A stretch of DNA of 64,000 nt, from the NCBI GenBank assembly GCA_963789265.1, contig CAWBKB010000001.1, positions 2,080,001-2,144,000 on the forward strand, given 5' to 3'. The stretch is from an uncultured delta proteobacterium. GTDB taxonomy: Bacteria > Desulfobacterota > Desulfomonilia > Desulfomonilales > Desulfomonilaceae. Below, piece by piece: positions 41,395 through 51,830 of the stretch. A program made the translations under genes and the position numbers. The notes beneath the pieces were generated by a model. It did no database searches, was not told the origin of the DNA, and was given only the letters and a program-made list of their open reading frames with translations. The first letter of the stretch is position 1, and the number at the start of each line of letters is the position of its first letter.

Positions 41395-42585
41395 TCATTG
41401 CGTCGCGCAGACAGCAGTGCTCAAGTATTCTCTGCCAAATGGAGACATGGACCTCAGAAACTCGATTATTCCCGGAAGTTCTTGAATGACATACTCTATT
41501 TCGTCTTCAGTGTTGTACCTGGAGAGAGAAAAACGTATCGATCCGTGCACAGACGTGAAAGGAACGCCCATTGCTCTCAACACGTGGGAAGGTTCAAGCG
41601 ACCCGGATGTACAGGCCGATCCGGACGAAGCGCAGATCCCTTTATCGTCCATCCTCATTAGGATGGCTTCCCCTTCGACGAATTCGAAGCCTACGTTCAA
41701 TGTGTTCGGGAGACGGGATTCCACGCCGCCGTTAACTCGGGCTGCCGTGATGGCCGACAACAGACCTTCCTGCAAACGATCTCTTAGTTTCTTTACTCGG
41801 GAATTCTCTTCATCAAAATTCTTCAGTGCAAGTCGCGCGGCCTCTCCAAGGCCCACTATTCCCGGCACATTTTCCGTCCCGCCACGCCTGTCCGACTCCT
41901 GATGGCCTCCTATGACGAACGGCGAAAAACGGGTCCCTTTCTTGATGTATAGAGCGCCTATTCCTTTGGGGGCATGTAGCTTGTGGCCGGAGAGTGACAA
42001 AAAATTAATATATGACGATCCGAGCCGCATGGGAATCTTCCCTACAGCCTGTACTGCATCGGTGTGCATCAACGATCCATGTTCGTGCGCTATCTCCGCG
42101 ATCTCGCGAACCGGAAAAATTACTCCGGTTTCATTATTCGCCCACATCACGGAGACCACTGCGGTTTGATCGGTGATCTTTGCCCGGACCTCATCCATGT
42201 CCAGTATTCCATTTTTATCTACGGACAGCCATCGTATAGTGTAACCTTTGGTACGACCAAGATGCTTGCAAAGATTGAGTACCGCCGGATGCTCCACCCT
42301 GGTGGTTACAATTTCTCTGCGTTCCGGCATTGTTGCCAGGGCGCTCAGAATCGCAGTAGAATCCGACTCAGTCCCTCCGGAAGTGAAAATCACCTCCTGT
42401 GGGGACGCACCCAACAATTCAGCGAGTGCCTCCCTTGCCTTTACCACGTCGCGAGCCACATCTCCTCCGAAGGAGTGCATGCTCGACGGGTTTCCGTAGC
42501 GTTCCGTCAGGAAGAGACGAACAGCTTCGAAGACTTCCGGAGCCACCATGGTAGTAGCATTGTTATCCAGGTAGACTGTTTTCAT
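41395..42585 (-). CDS. nifS: Cysteine desulfurase NifS
   Basis: YLDNNATT, SGHKLH and SSGSACTSGSLEPSHVL motifs. Confidence 0.95.
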   Translation of the reverse strand: MKTVYLDNNATTMVAPEVFEAVRLFLTERYGNPSSMHSFGGDVARDVVKAREALAELLGASPQEVIFTSGGTESDSTAILSALATMPERREIVTTRVEHPAVLNLCKHLGRTKGYTIRWLSVDKNGILDMDEVRAKITDQTAVVSVMWANNETGVIFPVREIAEIAHEHGSLMHTDAVQAVGKIPMRLGSSYINFLSLSGHKLHAPKGIGALYIKKGTRFSPFVIGGHQESDRRGGTENVPGIVGLGEAARLALKNFDEENSRVKKLRDRLQEGLLSAITAARVNGGVESRLPNTLNVGFEFVEGEAILMRMDDKGICASSGSACTSGSLEPSHVLRAMGVPFTSVHGSIRFSLSRYNTEDEIEYVIQELPGIIEFLRSMSPFGREYLSTAVCATQ

Positions 42586-43430
42586 CCCGCCACCTCCTCA
42601 ACATAGAGATCAGGATGCACCAGTTCTTTCAGTTTGGATTCGATGCCGCCTTTTGTTAATGCTGAACTGGGGCAAGATGTACAAATGCCCCTCAGTGCCA
42701 CGACAACCCGATTCCCTTCCAGATCGATCAGCTCCACGTCGCCGCCATCCTGTTGAAGCATAGGGCGAATCTCTTTTTCCATAACTTCCTGAATTTTGGC
42801 GATCTTCTGAATGTTCGTCATTCGCTGTCGAGGCCGGCCATCAGTCGTCTCTTCCTGTTTGAGCTCTCCCCTCACTTCTGCTATGATTTCGGCGATTCTC
42901 TCCTGGCACTGCCCGCATCCGCCGCCGGCCTTGGTGTAATTTGTCACCTCTTCAACCGTAGAAAGATTATTTGCCCTGATCTCTCGCTTAATTTGCTCGT
43001 CCGTAACGCCGAAGCACTGGCACACCAGTTCGCCTTCTACTTCTCCTTCGAGTGCCGGCTCTTTGCGATAACAGGCCACGGCGGCATGGAACGCGTCACG
43101 CCCCATCACTGAACAGTGCATCTTCTGCTGAGGCAACCCGCCGAGATAGTCTGCAATATCCTGGTTCGTTATTTTCATTGCCTCGTCTACAGTTTTCCCT
43201 TTGACCATTTCAGTCAGCGCACTGCTGGATGCGATTGCGCTCCCGCATCCGAAGGTCTGGAATCGTACGTCAACTATCTTATCGGTCTCCGGGTCTATCT
43301 TCAGGAAAAGTTTCAACGCGTCCCCGCAGGCAATGGAACCCACCTCTCCAACGGCGCTCGCGTCCTCCAGCACTCCCACGTTTCTTGGGTTGAAGAAATG
43401 ATCTTTCAGTTTTTCGCTATATTCCCACAT
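42582..43430 (-). CDS. nifU: Fe-S scaffold NifU (IscU + BFD-like + Nfu domains)
   Basis: ACGD, FGCGSAIASSS, KMHCS, CQCFGV..GGCGQC and DGGD..CTSC motifs. Confidence 0.95.
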   Translation of the reverse strand: MWEYSEKLKDHFFNPRNVGVLEDASAVGEVGSIACGDALKLFLKIDPETDKIVDVRFQTFGCGSAIASSSALTEMVKGKTVDEAMKITNQDIADYLGGLPQQKMHCSVMGRDAFHAAVACYRKEPALEGEVEGELVCQCFGVTDEQIKREIRANNLSTVEEVTNYTKAGGGCGQCQERIAEIIAEVRGELKQEETTDGRPRQRMTNIQKIAKIQEVMEKEIRPMLQQDGGDVELIDLEGNRVVVALRGICTSCPSSALTKGGIESKLKELVHPDLYVEEVAG

Positions 43431-43820
43431 AGGACACCTCTTCCCTTCTCGCTAATCGTAACCGCCCCCCCCCCCAAAAAAATATCAAATCACCCCTGTC
43501 ACTGCAAGAATCAGGGTTTTGAACCTATCTACACTTTAGATGTCTCAGAGACCAGCGAGGTTCTGAATTATTGCACAGGTGGCGTGTCGAGCCATAAATT
43601 GCGTACAAAGGTTCTTGAACGCCGGGAGCGGCTATGTTATGAAAATGTCTTTCGTCGAGCCAAACCGTGGAAGAAGTAGTTCTCTCGAATTCATCGAAAA
43701 GCCTTGCGGTACGGTAGGCAAGATTAATACTTTTCGACCCCTTTGCAAGGAGATGGACGAGCGGGCCGGGTATTCAGCCGCATTTCGGTGCCGGGTGCCC
43801 GGATGTATGAATGGAGTCGA

Positions 43821-44609
43821 ATGGTGACCTTGAAGTTCAAAAAGATTTGCAAGTTTTGTGCGCCCGCTGTTTCTATGTTGCCATTGTTGGCAGCTTGCGC
43901 GATGAAGGCCCCCGCCGCGCCGGCTCATCTCGACAGTCTCATTAATGGGATTGAAAGAAAAGCCTACGTGGTGAACCAATTCCGTGCCAAGTTCGTCAAG
44001 ACACGCCACAGTGCCGTCTTCAACCGAGATCTTAGCGTTAAAGGCGACATTGTTTTTCAGAAACCCAACAGATTTTGGCTGGCCATGTCGGGAGACGTGA
44101 ACGTTGACATTCTTTCCGATGGGAAGGTCATTGCCGTGGTACACGATCACTCCGATAAGGAAGTGTACCACGTGGAAGGCGACCGCGACTTGTCCAAGTT
44201 CGCCGATCCGTTGGTGCTGATCATGCAAGGGATCGGAGAAGGGGCCTTACGAAGATTTGCTGTAGTGAAGAACCTGCGCGAAGGCAATGCAAATGTGCTC
44301 GATGTCGAGCCGAACAACGATAGTAACTTTGAACGGATAAAAGACATCTGGCTGAGTTTCTCGGACTTTGGAGAGATGAACAAGGTGTTTATTTTGTTCA
44401 AGAACGGCGACCGAGATGAAACCGTTTTCCAGTCCTGGGCCCTCCTGGTGCGCGATGATCCCGAAATCCTTAAGCTTAACAAGCGCCTGGAAGATATTGC
44501 CGCGCGACCGGCCCAAACTCGACCCAAGGACCGAGCGGGAAATGCACTTGCTGAAATGAAAGATCAGGACGTACCGCAGGTCGGTCAGGCCGGGACTGCA
44601 AAACAATAA
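43821..44609 (+). CDS. LolA-like fold lipoprotein
   Basis: Lipobox LAAC; G.IVFQKPNRF and ILSDGK motifs. Confidence 0.7.
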   Translation: MVTLKFKKICKFCAPAVSMLPLLAACAMKAPAAPAHLDSLINGIERKAYVVNQFRAKFVKTRHSAVFNRDLSVKGDIVFQKPNRFWLAMSGDVNVDILSDGKVIAVVHDHSDKEVYHVEGDRDLSKFADPLVLIMQGIGEGALRRFAVVKNLREGNANVLDVEPNNDSNFERIKDIWLSFSDFGEMNKVFILFKNGDRDETVFQSWALLVRDDPEILKLNKRLEDIAARPAQTRPKDRAGNALAEMKDQDVPQVGQAGTAKQ

Positions 44610-44931
44610 CCCTTCCCAATGATGTAACTTTCAAGCTTGTGACAGAGCAAGGTGTGGTGGGCCGGCGCCAATTTGGCGGCTCCCTTTCAAAAGGCCTGAT
44701 ACTAATTCGCATTCAAAATCCCCCCTCCCCCCATAGGCGTTAAAATAAGAAGGCACTCCGATTTTGTGAGCCCTAGACGGGCTCAATGACAGTAGCCCGG
44801 CAATTCATTGCCGGGTGACCCATGAGCAATGATTCAGTTCTTCGTCTCCGAAGGGCGCTCGAAGGATGAATCCTTCGAGCGCCCTTCGGAGACGAAGAAG
44901 GATCTCTCGGCCGTTCATTCCCGGCGATAAA

Positions 44932-46607
44932 GAAACTGTCTCAAAAGTCGATTTTGGGCTCGCGATTCTCAACCGATTCTACTAATGAGATGTGAAAAGA
45001 GAATCGGAGAGGGAAAGGATTATGCCGCAAATCAGAGCCGACTACAAGCAGGTGTTTCTGCTTCCGCCCGCTATAGATGACTGGATAGGGCCTGATCATC
45101 CAGCGCGCTTCATAGGAGACTTTGTGGATTCCTTGGATTTGGAGGTGCTGGGTTTTCGAGTTCCGAATGGCGAAACGGGCCGTCCTCCCTATAGTACCGA
45201 TCTTTTGTTGAAGGCATGGCTCTACGGCTATTTCAGCAGAATCAGGTCATCGCGCAAGCTTGAGAAGGCATGCATGGAGAACATGGGATTGATTTGGCTG
45301 ACGGGTATGAATGCAGCGGATCATAATACCCTGTGGCGATTCTGGAGGGACAACAAGAAGGTTTTCAAGGGAATATTCAAACAATCGGTTCAAGTGGCAG
45401 TCAAAGCCGAGTTGATAGGTATGGCGGTTCATGCATTGGATGGAACCAAGATCCCTGTCGGATCATCTCGGGAGAAGTTCAAGAACCAAGATCAGTTGGA
45501 GCGGATGCTTGAGAATTTGGACAAGTGCGTTGCCGACGTCATGACGGAGACAGAGAGGTGCGAGCAAGAGGAGGGTGGCGAATGGCGTCTTCCCGAAGCC
45601 CTGCAGGACGAGTTGAAACGCAAGGAGCGGATACAGAAGGCCTTGCAGGAATTGGATAAGACTGACAAGAAGGTCGTCCATCCCTGCGAGCCGGATGCCC
45701 GGTACATGAAGAACCGGCGGTCTACTGAGCCCTCTTACAATGCTCAAGCGGTGGCAGACCAACAAAGCGGCATGATTGTGGCTGAGGAAGTGGTCGACGA
45801 AGGCAATGACAATGGGCAGCTTGTTCCCATGCTGGATCGAGTTCAGGAAAATTTGGGCGCAACCGCAGAGGAAACCGTGGCGGACGCAGGATACTTCGCA
45901 TCGGCTCAAATCGCGTTGGCCGAAGAGAAGGAGTACGAGGTCTTGGTCGCCAAGTCGTCGGGAGAGTCCGCTGCGGAAAAAGGCGCTCAATGGGACCCTT
46001 ATCACGCTTCCCAGTTCGTCTACGACCAAGAGCGAGACGTCTGTATTTGTCCGCAAGGCGCATCGCTGAACTTTCTTCAGAAGAAAGTCACAGGAAAAAA
46101 CGGAAACGAGATCCGGCGGTATCGATGCCGGGACTACTTGACGTGTCCTGAACGGTGGAAGTGCAGCAAGAGCAAGAATGGCCGTCTCATAGACATTAAC
46201 ATCTATCGTGACGCAGTTGAGCGCCACCGCAAGAAACGGGAGGTCCCGGAAAGCAAGACGCTACTCCGAGCCCGCAAGGTGATCATTGAGCCGGTCTTTG
46301 CATGGATAAAGAGCCACTTGGACTTTAGACGGTGGACCGTGTCCGGATTATCCAATGCGAGGGCTCAATGGTCTTTGATGTGCGCCACCTTGAATCTCAA
46401 GAAGCTCTACAGCCATTGGCTGACGGGGCGTCTGGTGCTAACCGCGGCCTAAGACATCAGGACGGAGAGTGACTCATGGCTGCCTGAGGCATACTCATAG
46501 CCGGCCCCGGCTCGTCGGAGACAAGGGAGGCCAAGGTGCGAGATTAACCGCACCCTACCACCCCGAGAGTCGTCATCGTGCCACTACAACCGTTTTGAGA
46601 CACTCTC
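44932..46607 (+). mobile_element. IS1182-family insertion sequence
   Basis: TIRs GAAACTGTCTCAAAA / TTTTGAGACACTCTC around one transposase ORF. Confidence 0.9.
45022..46452 (+). CDS. IS1182-family DDE transposase
   Basis: HPARFI, GRPPY, SSRKLE, ALDGTKI, YNAQ, ADAGY and IEPVFAWIK motifs. Confidence 0.93.
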   Translation: MPQIRADYKQVFLLPPAIDDWIGPDHPARFIGDFVDSLDLEVLGFRVPNGETGRPPYSTDLLLKAWLYGYFSRIRSSRKLEKACMENMGLIWLTGMNAADHNTLWRFWRDNKKVFKGIFKQSVQVAVKAELIGMAVHALDGTKIPVGSSREKFKNQDQLERMLENLDKCVADVMTETERCEQEEGGEWRLPEALQDELKRKERIQKALQELDKTDKKVVHPCEPDARYMKNRRSTEPSYNAQAVADQQSGMIVAEEVVDEGNDNGQLVPMLDRVQENLGATAEETVADAGYFASAQIALAEEKEYEVLVAKSSGESAAEKGAQWDPYHASQFVYDQERDVCICPQGASLNFLQKKVTGKNGNEIRRYRCRDYLTCPERWKCSKSKNGRLIDINIYRDAVERHRKKREVPESKTLLRARKVIIEPVFAWIKSHLDFRRWTVSGLSNARAQWSLMCATLNLKKLYSHWLTGRLVLTAA

Positions 46608-46821
46608 TTTATCGCCGGGCTACTATGGTGCCGTCCCTCCGGGACGAAGAGGACTTGGAGCCTATTTTAACGCCTGTGGGGTTAGAGGGATTTCATTTCA
46701 ACTTTGAACGCGAATTCCTATGAAAACTTCCTTTATCGACCAGCAGTCCCGCGTTCCCGCGCAGGGCGTCGTCATCAGGTCATTTGCCACATCGGTCACA
46801 ACTCGTGAGAATCGCAGTATA

Positions 46822-47055
46822 TTACTTCCTACTCACGCGTATCTTGTCCGGAAAATAGAGCAGATCCGTCTCCATTTGTACGAATCTCCACGATTCACCC
46901 GCAAAGCACGCAAATTCCCATCCAAAATCGACGGGGCGGGCCCAAACCCCCTGTCGGGGGACCTTCAAATCTCCCTCAGGGAAAACGTCGCCCTTCCGGA
47001 AGAATCGGGCCTCCCATTTGATACCGTTGACAGTATAATAGCGGCTTGCGATCAC
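46822..47055 (-). CDS. Small hypothetical protein
   Basis: GAGG RBS with GTG start; 77 aa; co-oriented with neighbours. Confidence 0.5.
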   Translation of the reverse strand: MIASRYYTVNGIKWEARFFRKGDVFPEGDLKVPRQGVWARPVDFGWEFACFAGESWRFVQMETDLLYFPDKIRVSRK

Positions 47056-47136
47056 GGACGTTCCTCATAATGCTTTGATGCCAAATTCACGTTATGACAT
47101 TATCTTAGCAAGAAAACGAGCAGCCTGCGATGGGCC

Positions 47137-47352
47137 TCAAGGCCCGTCCCAACCGGGGGCAATCCCGACATGACTCCGACTGTTGCGGGAGGACTTTCGG
47201 CGGATTGCAACATATATCATTACAGGCGATGCAACAATAAGAGACAGGATGGCAACAAGTGCCGTCAAGCTCAGGACTGGAATCATTGCCACAAGGAATC
47301 CGATCGTTCTCGCCTTCGCTATCGTACGGGCTCGTCGATTTGCTCGTCCCAT
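47137..47352 (-). CDS. Small membrane protein
   Basis: Basic N-terminus and long hydrophobic stretch; directly follows the 47364-47714 gene. Confidence 0.45.
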   Translation of the reverse strand: MGRANRRARTIAKARTIGFLVAMIPVLSLTALVAILSLIVASPVMIYVAIRRKSSRNSRSHVGIAPGWDGP

Positions 47353-47363
47353 GTTCCTGGCCC

Positions 47364-47714
47364 TCAACGTCGAGATGCATCGACCATGACTTGGTACCCG
47401 TCTTTGGTCCTCAAGACCCCCACAAGGTGTCCCGCAGGTGTAAGGTTTCCCCAAAATCGATGACCGCTACCGTGGCTTGCAAAGACCTTGGCTCCGTTGA
47501 CCGTCCCCGTAAAATGGTACGTGTCTTTCTGGCCCAAGGGACTGTATACACGCGCTACGCCCGTGACGCGGTTACCATTTTGGTTTATTGTCGCCTGGAT
47601 GAGGGAGCCCATGACTCGGCCTTCCCAATTGCCCGAAAAGTTCGCCCCCGCCACCGCGGCCGAAAAACATAACAGGATTAGTATCGTAGTTAAGGCAACC
47701 AACTGCCTAACCAT
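47364..47714 (-). CDS. Small exported beta-rich protein
   Basis: AAGGAG RBS; signal peptide AVA-G; NFSGNWEG. Confidence 0.75.
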   Translation of the reverse strand: MVRQLVALTTILILLCFSAAVAGANFSGNWEGRVMGSLIQATINQNGNRVTGVARVYSPLGQKDTYHFTGTVNGAKVFASHGSGHRFWGNLTPAGHLVGVLRTKDGYQVMVDASRR

Positions 47715-47912
47715 TTGATCTCCTTTCAGTAAACTCTACAGATGAGCGCTCCGGACCTGGCTCAAAGGAGCCTGCTGAGCCAGGTGGATTGCACCAAAAG
47801 GGATTTTTCAGATTATGAATCAATAGGTTCCCTATGCCCACTCTTTGTTCCCTGATTGATGGCACCGGTGAAAGTGAGCCTGTCTAAAAGCACTCTGCGG
47901 CAAGTTTTTCCC

Positions 47913-48302
47913 TCAGGGGACATCCAACCGAATGGTCCCGGTGAACCACCGCACACATTGCCGCGCAAGGCGGACCGCGAAACGTGAATCACCCACTACT
48001 AAGGCACCGAATCGTCCGTCTTTGACCCTCACAATAAACAGTCCCCCGGTAAATTCTTTTCCCTCGTTCGCCCGCTCGATCTTAATGGTGCATTTGCTCA
48101 TCAGGACCACGCATTCCGGATCCAGTTCCTCCAGCGCCAAAAGGACACTCTGGGCAATTCCGAGCAAGAGGTGCCGATCAGGCCTGGGCAGTCCTTCATC
48201 GAGGTATATTTCAGGAGGTTGGTTCTCTTCCACCCGGATCGCCAGTTCTGCGTCCAGTGAAAAAAGAGGCAGCGAAGGCAACGGATCAATCAATATCCGC
48301 AT
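47913..48302 (-). CDS. Hypothetical protein
   Basis: 129-aa ORF co-oriented with neighbours. Confidence 0.6.
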   Translation of the reverse strand: MRILIDPLPSLPLFSLDAELAIRVEENQPPEIYLDEGLPRPDRHLLLGIAQSVLLALEELDPECVVLMSKCTIKIERANEGKEFTGGLFIVRVKDGRFGALVVGDSRFAVRLARQCVRWFTGTIRLDVP

Positions 48303-48317
48303 GAGACTTTGCCCAGA

Positions 48318-48554
48318 CTAAGCGTGATTCCGAAAAACTAGGCACACTGGTGCCTAAATTCGGTCTCGTATTCTGGTACCATTATGCATTCCCGAGCACA
48401 CGGGAATCCCTTGTAGGGGCACCTCTAGTGGGTGCCCGCAAGAGGGCAGACACAAGGTCTGCCCCTACGCGTCCCCGAAGGAAGTCCAGGGTGACGGTGT
48501 CGGATTAGTTTGCAAGCGCACACCGCATTGCCGGAAAGAAGATACTGTACTTAG
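48318..48554. mobile_element. MITE-like element ending GTACTTAG, with REP cargo
   Basis: Shares cggtctcgtattctggtac with the 5211 element; gtaggggc...gcccctac units. Confidence 0.55.
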
Positions 48555-48594
48555 GAAATCGAGTACTAAGCACCGATTTATCGAGAAAAACAAC

Positions 48595-49356
48595 TCAACG
48601 GCCGACCCTCATCCGCTGACGAAGCGCTTCTGCCAAAAGAATAGCCGTGGCTTGTGAAACGTTAAGGGAGCTAATTGCGCCCGTCATCGGAATGGAAACC
48701 ATAGCGTCGCATTTCTCACGTACGAGACGCCGAGTGCCTTTTCCCTCGGAGCCCAGCACAAATGCAAGCCTTCCTGTCAGGTCGGTTGTGAAACATACCG
48801 CCTGTGCTCCCGAATCCGTTCCGTATACCCAACATCCTGATTCTTTGAGCTGTTCTATCGCTCGTACTAGGTTGACCACCTTGGCCACCGGCACATGGGC
48901 GGCGGCTCCGGCAGATGTTTTCTCCACGGCGGGCGTAACCGCTACGGAACGATCTTTGCTCAGGATTACCGCAGCAGCGCCAAGGCATTCGGCGCTGCGC
49001 AAGATGCTTCCCAGATTCGCGGGATCTTGGATTGCGTCCAGAACGAGTATAGGGCGCTGCTCGCCGGCTAACGTTGAAACGATGTGCGAGAATTCGACAT
49101 ACGGAAAGGGGCCCACCCGAGCGGCAAGTCCCTGATGATTAGGGGAACCGGTTATGGAGAGCAACTCGTTGCCGGAGACTCTTGCCAAGGGAATCTGTGA
49201 AGCTTCAAGTTGCGCGGTCAGATTCCACCGAGGAGACGGATCCCTCGCCAGATATATCTCTTGAATTTGCCTTCGGCCAGCCTTCAGCGTTTCTACGACA
49301 GGATGGACGCCATAAATCACCGTACGGCCCGGCCTAGCAGGTTGCTTCCTCTTCAA
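48595..49356 (-). CDS. rlmB: 23S rRNA Gm2251 methyltransferase
   Basis: [27 protein letters not shown] and SLNVS motifs. Confidence 0.92.
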   Translation of the reverse strand: MKRKQPARPGRTVIYGVHPVVETLKAGRRQIQEIYLARDPSPRWNLTAQLEASQIPLARVSGNELLSITGSPNHQGLAARVGPFPYVEFSHIVSTLAGEQRPILVLDAIQDPANLGSILRSAECLGAAAVILSKDRSVAVTPAVEKTSAGAAAHVPVAKVVNLVRAIEQLKESGCWVYGTDSGAQAVCFTTDLTGRLAFVLGSEGKGTRRLVREKCDAMVSIPMTGAISSLNVSQATAILLAEALRQRMRVGR

Positions 49357-49598
49357 TCCGATTTCTTGTCCACGACCAGACTGTCTTTCTCATCAATTTC
49401 ATCCGGAGCGGGTAGTCGGCCCCCGACTTTCCCTTTTGCAATCTCACGGAGCGCCATGACCACTTCTCTGTTGTCTCTTTCATGAACCAACAGTGGAGCG
49501 CCTCTCTTCAACTCCTTAGTTCGCTTGGAGGCAAGAATAACCAAAGCGAATCGATTCTCCACCTTTTCCAGACAATCTTCAACAGTGACTCGTGCCAT
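49353..49598 (-). CDS. rpoZ: RNA polymerase omega subunit
   Basis: [17 protein letters not shown] and ALREIA motifs. Confidence 0.97.
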   Translation of the reverse strand: MARVTVEDCLEKVENRFALVILASKRTKELKRGAPLLVHERDNREVVMALREIAKGKVGGRLPAPDEIDEKDSLVVDKKSD

Positions 49599-49613
49599 TT
49601 TTGATATCTCTCA

Positions 49614-50525
49614 TCATTCAATGTTTTGGGTCTGTTCTCTGATTTTTTCCAGCTCTGCCTTGATGTTTACCACATAGGATGCCACATTCGTCGAAGCGGA
49701 CTTGGAGCCCAGAGTGTTAACCTCCCTGTGGAGTTCTTGCAGGAGGAAATCCAATTTTCGTCCGAGCGGCGATCCTTCGGCACCAAAGACAAGGAACTGG
49801 TGCACGTGGCTCTCCAGGCGAGTAAGTTCCTCGGTAACGTCGGAGCGATCGGCTATGATGGCCACCTCTTGCAAAATGCGATCTCGATCTAGTTCCAGCC
49901 CGCCGATCAGTTCCTGCACCCTCTTCTCAAGTTTTTCCTTCGCCGCCAAAGTAACCTGATTCACCATCGGCCTGATGCTTCCGACCATGTCACGAATAGC
50001 AATTAGTCTGGCCTCGATATCTCTCCAAAGAGCAGTCCCCTCTACCTTCCTCATCTCGTCCAAAGCGGAAAGCGCCTGGCGCAAGCTGCGCTCCACCATC
50101 GGCCATTCCTGCTCGATCCCCTCTTCCCTTTCCAGCGGGACGATTATTTCCTTGAGGGTCAATATCTCTGAAAGGCTTATTTCACCGGATAGCCCGAACT
50201 TTTTTTTCAACTGCAACAGGCATTTATAATAGCCCTCCGCGAGGGGCTGATCCACCATCACGTCCATCAGACCGCCCTTGCCCCCTGTCCTATTGATAAC
50301 GACATCGAACTTGCCCCGTTCCACACTTTGAGCAACAATCTTGCGGATCTCGGGTTCAAAGCAATTATAGATTCTGGGGACTCTCAAAGAGATGTCCAAG
50401 AAGCGATGATTAACGGACCTAACTTCGGTAGCGATCTCCACCTCGCCGGCAGCATCCCTGCCCCGACCGAAGCCGGTCATGCTCCTCACCGAGCCGTTTG
50501 TGACGCTTGTTCCGCCAGCCTGCAT
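49614..50525 (-). CDS. yicC: YicC/YloC family endoribonuclease
   Basis: SMTGFGR, RSVNHRFLD, GRKLDFLLQE and REQTQNIE motifs; start uncertain. Confidence 0.92.
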   Translation of the reverse strand: MQAGGTSVTNGSVRSMTGFGRGRDAAGEVEIATEVRSVNHRFLDISLRVPRIYNCFEPEIRKIVAQSVERGKFDVVINRTGGKGGLMDVMVDQPLAEGYYKCLLQLKKKFGLSGEISLSEILTLKEIIVPLEREEGIEQEWPMVERSLRQALSALDEMRKVEGTALWRDIEARLIAIRDMVGSIRPMVNQVTLAAKEKLEKRVQELIGGLELDRDRILQEVAIIADRSDVTEELTRLESHVHQFLVFGAEGSPLGRKLDFLLQELHREVNTLGSKSASTNVASYVVNIKAELEKIREQTQNIE

Positions 50526-51032
50526 TTGTAACTTTCTCTGAGTCCGTTGAGGATTGCTATTAATTCCGAATCCGCGTAATCGGGATATGTCCATTCGAGT
50601 GGGCGATACGAGCCTGCCCGGAAAACCAGAGTTAGGTCTGCAAAAATCCCCTGCCCCAGGTAGATTCTGTGGGCATTATTCTTGCCGGTTGCGAGGACGA
50701 AATTCCCCAGCGTCAACAACCCGGGATCGAGATTGAACCTTCTCTTGCCCTCAATGGTATAGGCTTCTTCTATACTGTTAGTCAAGCACTTGATTCTGAC
50801 CAGTTCGTCCCGCTCCGCGAGATCGAGGAAGGACCAGAGCCATCTCAGGATGCCCGACCCCAATTCATCGTCGTAGTAAGAGGTATAATTAAACGCCAGA
50901 GGTCCTATCTCCGCGTCTACGGGGCCTAACTCCTGCACGAGCAACGATTTTGCAACATCCAGCACTTGTCGGTCCGGAAGAAAGTACGCTGACGATGACC
51001 CTGGCTGGTTCAGGGATACTGGGTAGACTCAA
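50486..51032 (-). CDS. DUF4416 family protein (apparent frameshift near 50975)
   Basis: TSYYDDELG, RRFNLDPG, LATGKN..HRIYL and WTYPDY motifs. Confidence 0.8.
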
Positions 51033-51149
51033 GGCACATCCTTGAACAAATTAGGGCTTATGCGCGGTTCGAGTCGTGAGGCCGTAAAGCGAAGCAATGA
51101 AGCCTCCGGGCCGAATTGGTGGGCACACTAAACGACCGCTGTGACGATA

Positions 51150-51830
51150 TCAATCAACATGCTTGTGGTTATTCTCCCCCGCTTCGAAGTCGATCCCCTC
51201 AAGCATTGCCTTTGGAACGGACTTGGGCATGGTCTCAAAAACTATGGGGGACTGCTCCCGGCGTCGCCGGATAACCTTCAACGGCTTCTGTATAGGGGCC
51301 GGAGCTACCGCTTCTGCATCAACTTTAGGGGTCCGCGCTCGCGGCATTTTCCGCGTTGAGACCACTCTGACAACCGGCACAGCACGCGGCTCTTGGGCGG
51401 GTGGGGCTTCTACCCGGGTTTCCGTCACCACCACAGGTGCAGGCTCTTCGACCGACTCCGGTTCTTCTACGATTTCGATCTGGCGCGACCTTAGAACAAG
51501 TATTTTGGGTACTCTTCCTTCAAGTCTCACTTTCTTGTTGGCTAGTCGGGGAATCTTGCGATTTGAAAGAGCGTCAAAACACACATGCGTTACCTTCTCG
51601 GATGTTTCGGATTCAAGCCTCTCTTCGGTCAGAGCCGCATCGTTCTCTGTGGCTCTTTGAGGGGCCGAGTTCTGCGAAATATACCACTCGCGGCCAACCT
51701 CTCGCATAAGCGACGGCGTTCGCGATTCGTATCCGAATGTCTTCTTTCCCGAAATGGGATCACCAAGATTTTCTCGGGGCAGTCCAATGCCTGCTCTGAG
51801 CATTTCTGCCCGCTCCTTGCCCCTTTTCAT
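51150..51830 (-). CDS. Hypothetical, largely disordered protein
   Basis: 226-aa ORF rich in E/P/R/V. Confidence 0.6.
   Translation of the reverse strand: MKRGKERAEMLRAGIGLPRENLGDPISGKKTFGYESRTPSLMREVGREWYISQNSAPQRATENDAALTEERLESETSEKVTHVCFDALSNRKIPRLANKKVRLEGRVPKILVLRSRQIEIVEEPESVEEPAPVVVTETRVEAPPAQEPRAVPVVRVVSTRKMPRARTPKVDAEAVAPAPIQKPLKVIRRRREQSPIVFETMPKSVPKAMLEGIDFEAGENNHKHVD

Larger units (their letters stand above)
44727..46681. mobile_element. MITE-like element hosting the IS1182 insertion
   Basis: IR ccccataggcgttaaaataag / cctattttaacgcctgtgggg; contains REP-like hairpins. Confidence 0.65.

Noticed and set aside
41395..43430. Nitrogen fixation cluster
   Set aside because: Only nifU and nifS are present, which serve as a general Fe-S assembly system in many anaerobes
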